Assembly (NCBI GenBank): GCA_010093705.1
Contig: MU006092.1
Coordinates: 378,623 to 442,622, forward strand
Length of the DNA: 64,000 nucleotides
Reading direction: 5' to 3'
Source: Patellaria atrata CBS 101060
Lineage: Eukaryota
Shown: one piece after another, positions 62,252-64,000 of the stretch
Layout of the letters: each line of letters begins with the position of its first letter
How positions within the stretch are numbered: the stretch's first letter is position 1
The notes under the pieces: model-generated
Databases searched by the model: none
The model's input: the letters and a program-made list of their open reading frames with translations, nothing else
Told to the model about the DNA's origin: nothing
Program-made: the position numbers and the translations under genes

Positions 62252-63780
62252 CGATTACAATGGAGTGAATATTGATACAAGAGGAATCAAGTGAAACAGA
62301 AGAAACCGAGATACTTATAGTCTCCGAGTTTGTAGACTAACTTAGGATTTTCACTCTTATCACGCGCGCGATACTATGGCGCCTCAGCCGCCGCATCAAG
62401 GTGCAAATCCGCAAACATGCCGTCACTGGTCAAAAGCTTGTATGTGTATATCGCCGGATAGTGGCTTAAAGGAGATAGTAGTAGTTAAATTTTTCCAATC
62501 GGTCCAGTCATAACGCTTGTTGGGTCCATCGTGTGGATATGTACATTGTCAAGAAGGGCGTAAGGTTTGTACCTGGAGAAAGAACCGAGTAGGCCGAGAG
62601 CTCGTTCATCCGATCGCCTTTGAAGGAGAGGCCATATCCCGCCCATTGCCGTATTTAAGCGTCATTCGCTTCTGTTTCTCCACCGGAGAACTTCCATCTC
62701 CCTACTTCGATGACCTACAAAGTATCATTCTACGTATATAGATCATTGAAATTTTCTCCTCTATCTTGATTCATAAGTATAGAGAAATCTCTGCGTTAGG
62801 GTGATCTGATGTGTGGCGTTCGCCCCTGACCCTCCCTAATAAGATCGTCATAGGGCTGAAACCGTGTTCATATTTTTCTCACTGCATAATCGTAACCCTT
62901 ACATACACCTTCTCTCGGATATTTTGAATCGTCTCTATTTTGTTATTGATTTAGGACTTACGGTCCAGTATATTGATGACCGCGGCAACCCGACGTCATT
63001 CGCCTCGGATAAGACTTGATTCTATCAAACCACTACCTCATATACTGATCCTTACCAGAACCTATAGTTTGTATATGTACCATACCAATCAGGCCCTGAT
63101 CGATGGATTCTTCAAGTCCAAGCTCCTGAATGTTGTATGCCGTCACTGCAGCTGGCGCCGCAAGGGTGTGCGCTGTGTTCTAAACCGAGTCTCCGTGTAT
63201 GGTTGTTATCGTATAAGGGCATGTTCTTGATAATGACCTTCAATAAAGACAAGAAGTTATTTTGAAATATCGATTTCCGACTCCAATTCATCATTCCATC
63301 TCGCTTCCCTCAATAACTTTCATTTCGTCACTTTGTCCTCGCATCTCAGTATTCCTAACCTATCAAATCTGTTACCGGGGGGTTAAAGTCCACCAAATCC
63401 TAGCACTATCCGTTTGGGTAGCTTCTTTGCGTTTTTATATTGCCAAAATACCAAAATGCCAGTTATACCTTTCTATTCAATTTAAATATCCTTCTAGAGC
63501 TTCTAGCCTTGTGAATAAACCCGGTTTTCGCATTGGATCCAATCAATCTAATCGTTCGCGGTCAAGCGGTCCGACGGGGATAAAGTTAAATTTCAACACC
63601 ACCTCATGCTGCCTATACCAGAGTCCACATTAGCAATTTACGACAGGACACATGATGCCTACCCATCACCATAGTTTAAAACGGGACCAATTCCCCATGA
63701 TCGTTCGATCAAGCTTTCGTGACAAGTCCTCCTTTTCTTCTCCTGGTTACAGGGATCCGTATCTCTAACACCCAACCACC

Positions 63781-64000
63781 ATGCACTCCACCACCCTCCT
63801 CGCTGCCGCTCTCGGCCTCCTCGCAGCATCCGTATCCGCCCAAAATGGCGAATGGCAACAATGCGGCGGGACAAACTACTCCGGGGTCAAAGGCTGCAAC
63901 GCCGGTCCGTCCACCGTCCCCTTACCCATCCCCTTCCACTCCCTCTGACAACCCCCTTAGGCCTCACCTGCGTCCCCATAAACGACTACTACCACCAATG
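63781..64000 (+). CDS. Secreted protein with an N-terminal CBM1 (3' truncated by window)
   Basis: MHSTTLLAAALGLLAASVSA-QNGEWQQCGGTNYSGVKGCNAG/LTCVPINDYYHQC with intron 63905-63960. The ORF track misses it. Confidence 0.93.

Overview
This is a 64 kb gene-dense window from a filamentous ascomycete (Pezizomycotina) nuclear genome, inferred from short GT-AG introns with CTRAC branch points and from gene content. Housekeeping genes include a RecQ helicase, a complex I 21.3 kDa subunit, Rqc1/TCF25, Ptc5, Des1, a flavocytochrome b2-like oxidoreductase, glutathione reductase, Utp25, eIF3f and a branched-chain aminotransferase. Plant-cell-wall genes are scattered through the window: a stand-alone AA8 cytochrome, a GH67 alpha-glucuronidase, a GH5 endoglucanase and a CBM1 protein. 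Three genes are decayed: a large protein ending in a HicA-toxin-like domain, a HET-domain gene with RIP-type stops, and a sugar transporter with a solo-LTR-like insert in an intron. The most unusual signals are the HicA-like RNase module in a fungal protein, a divergent pair of degenerate tRNA-like Pol III units with fold-back trailers near 60 kb, a Zip3-type RING gene, and repeated ~1 kb C-rich-to-G-rich skew-switch islands. All family calls come from motif recognition by eye; no searches were run.
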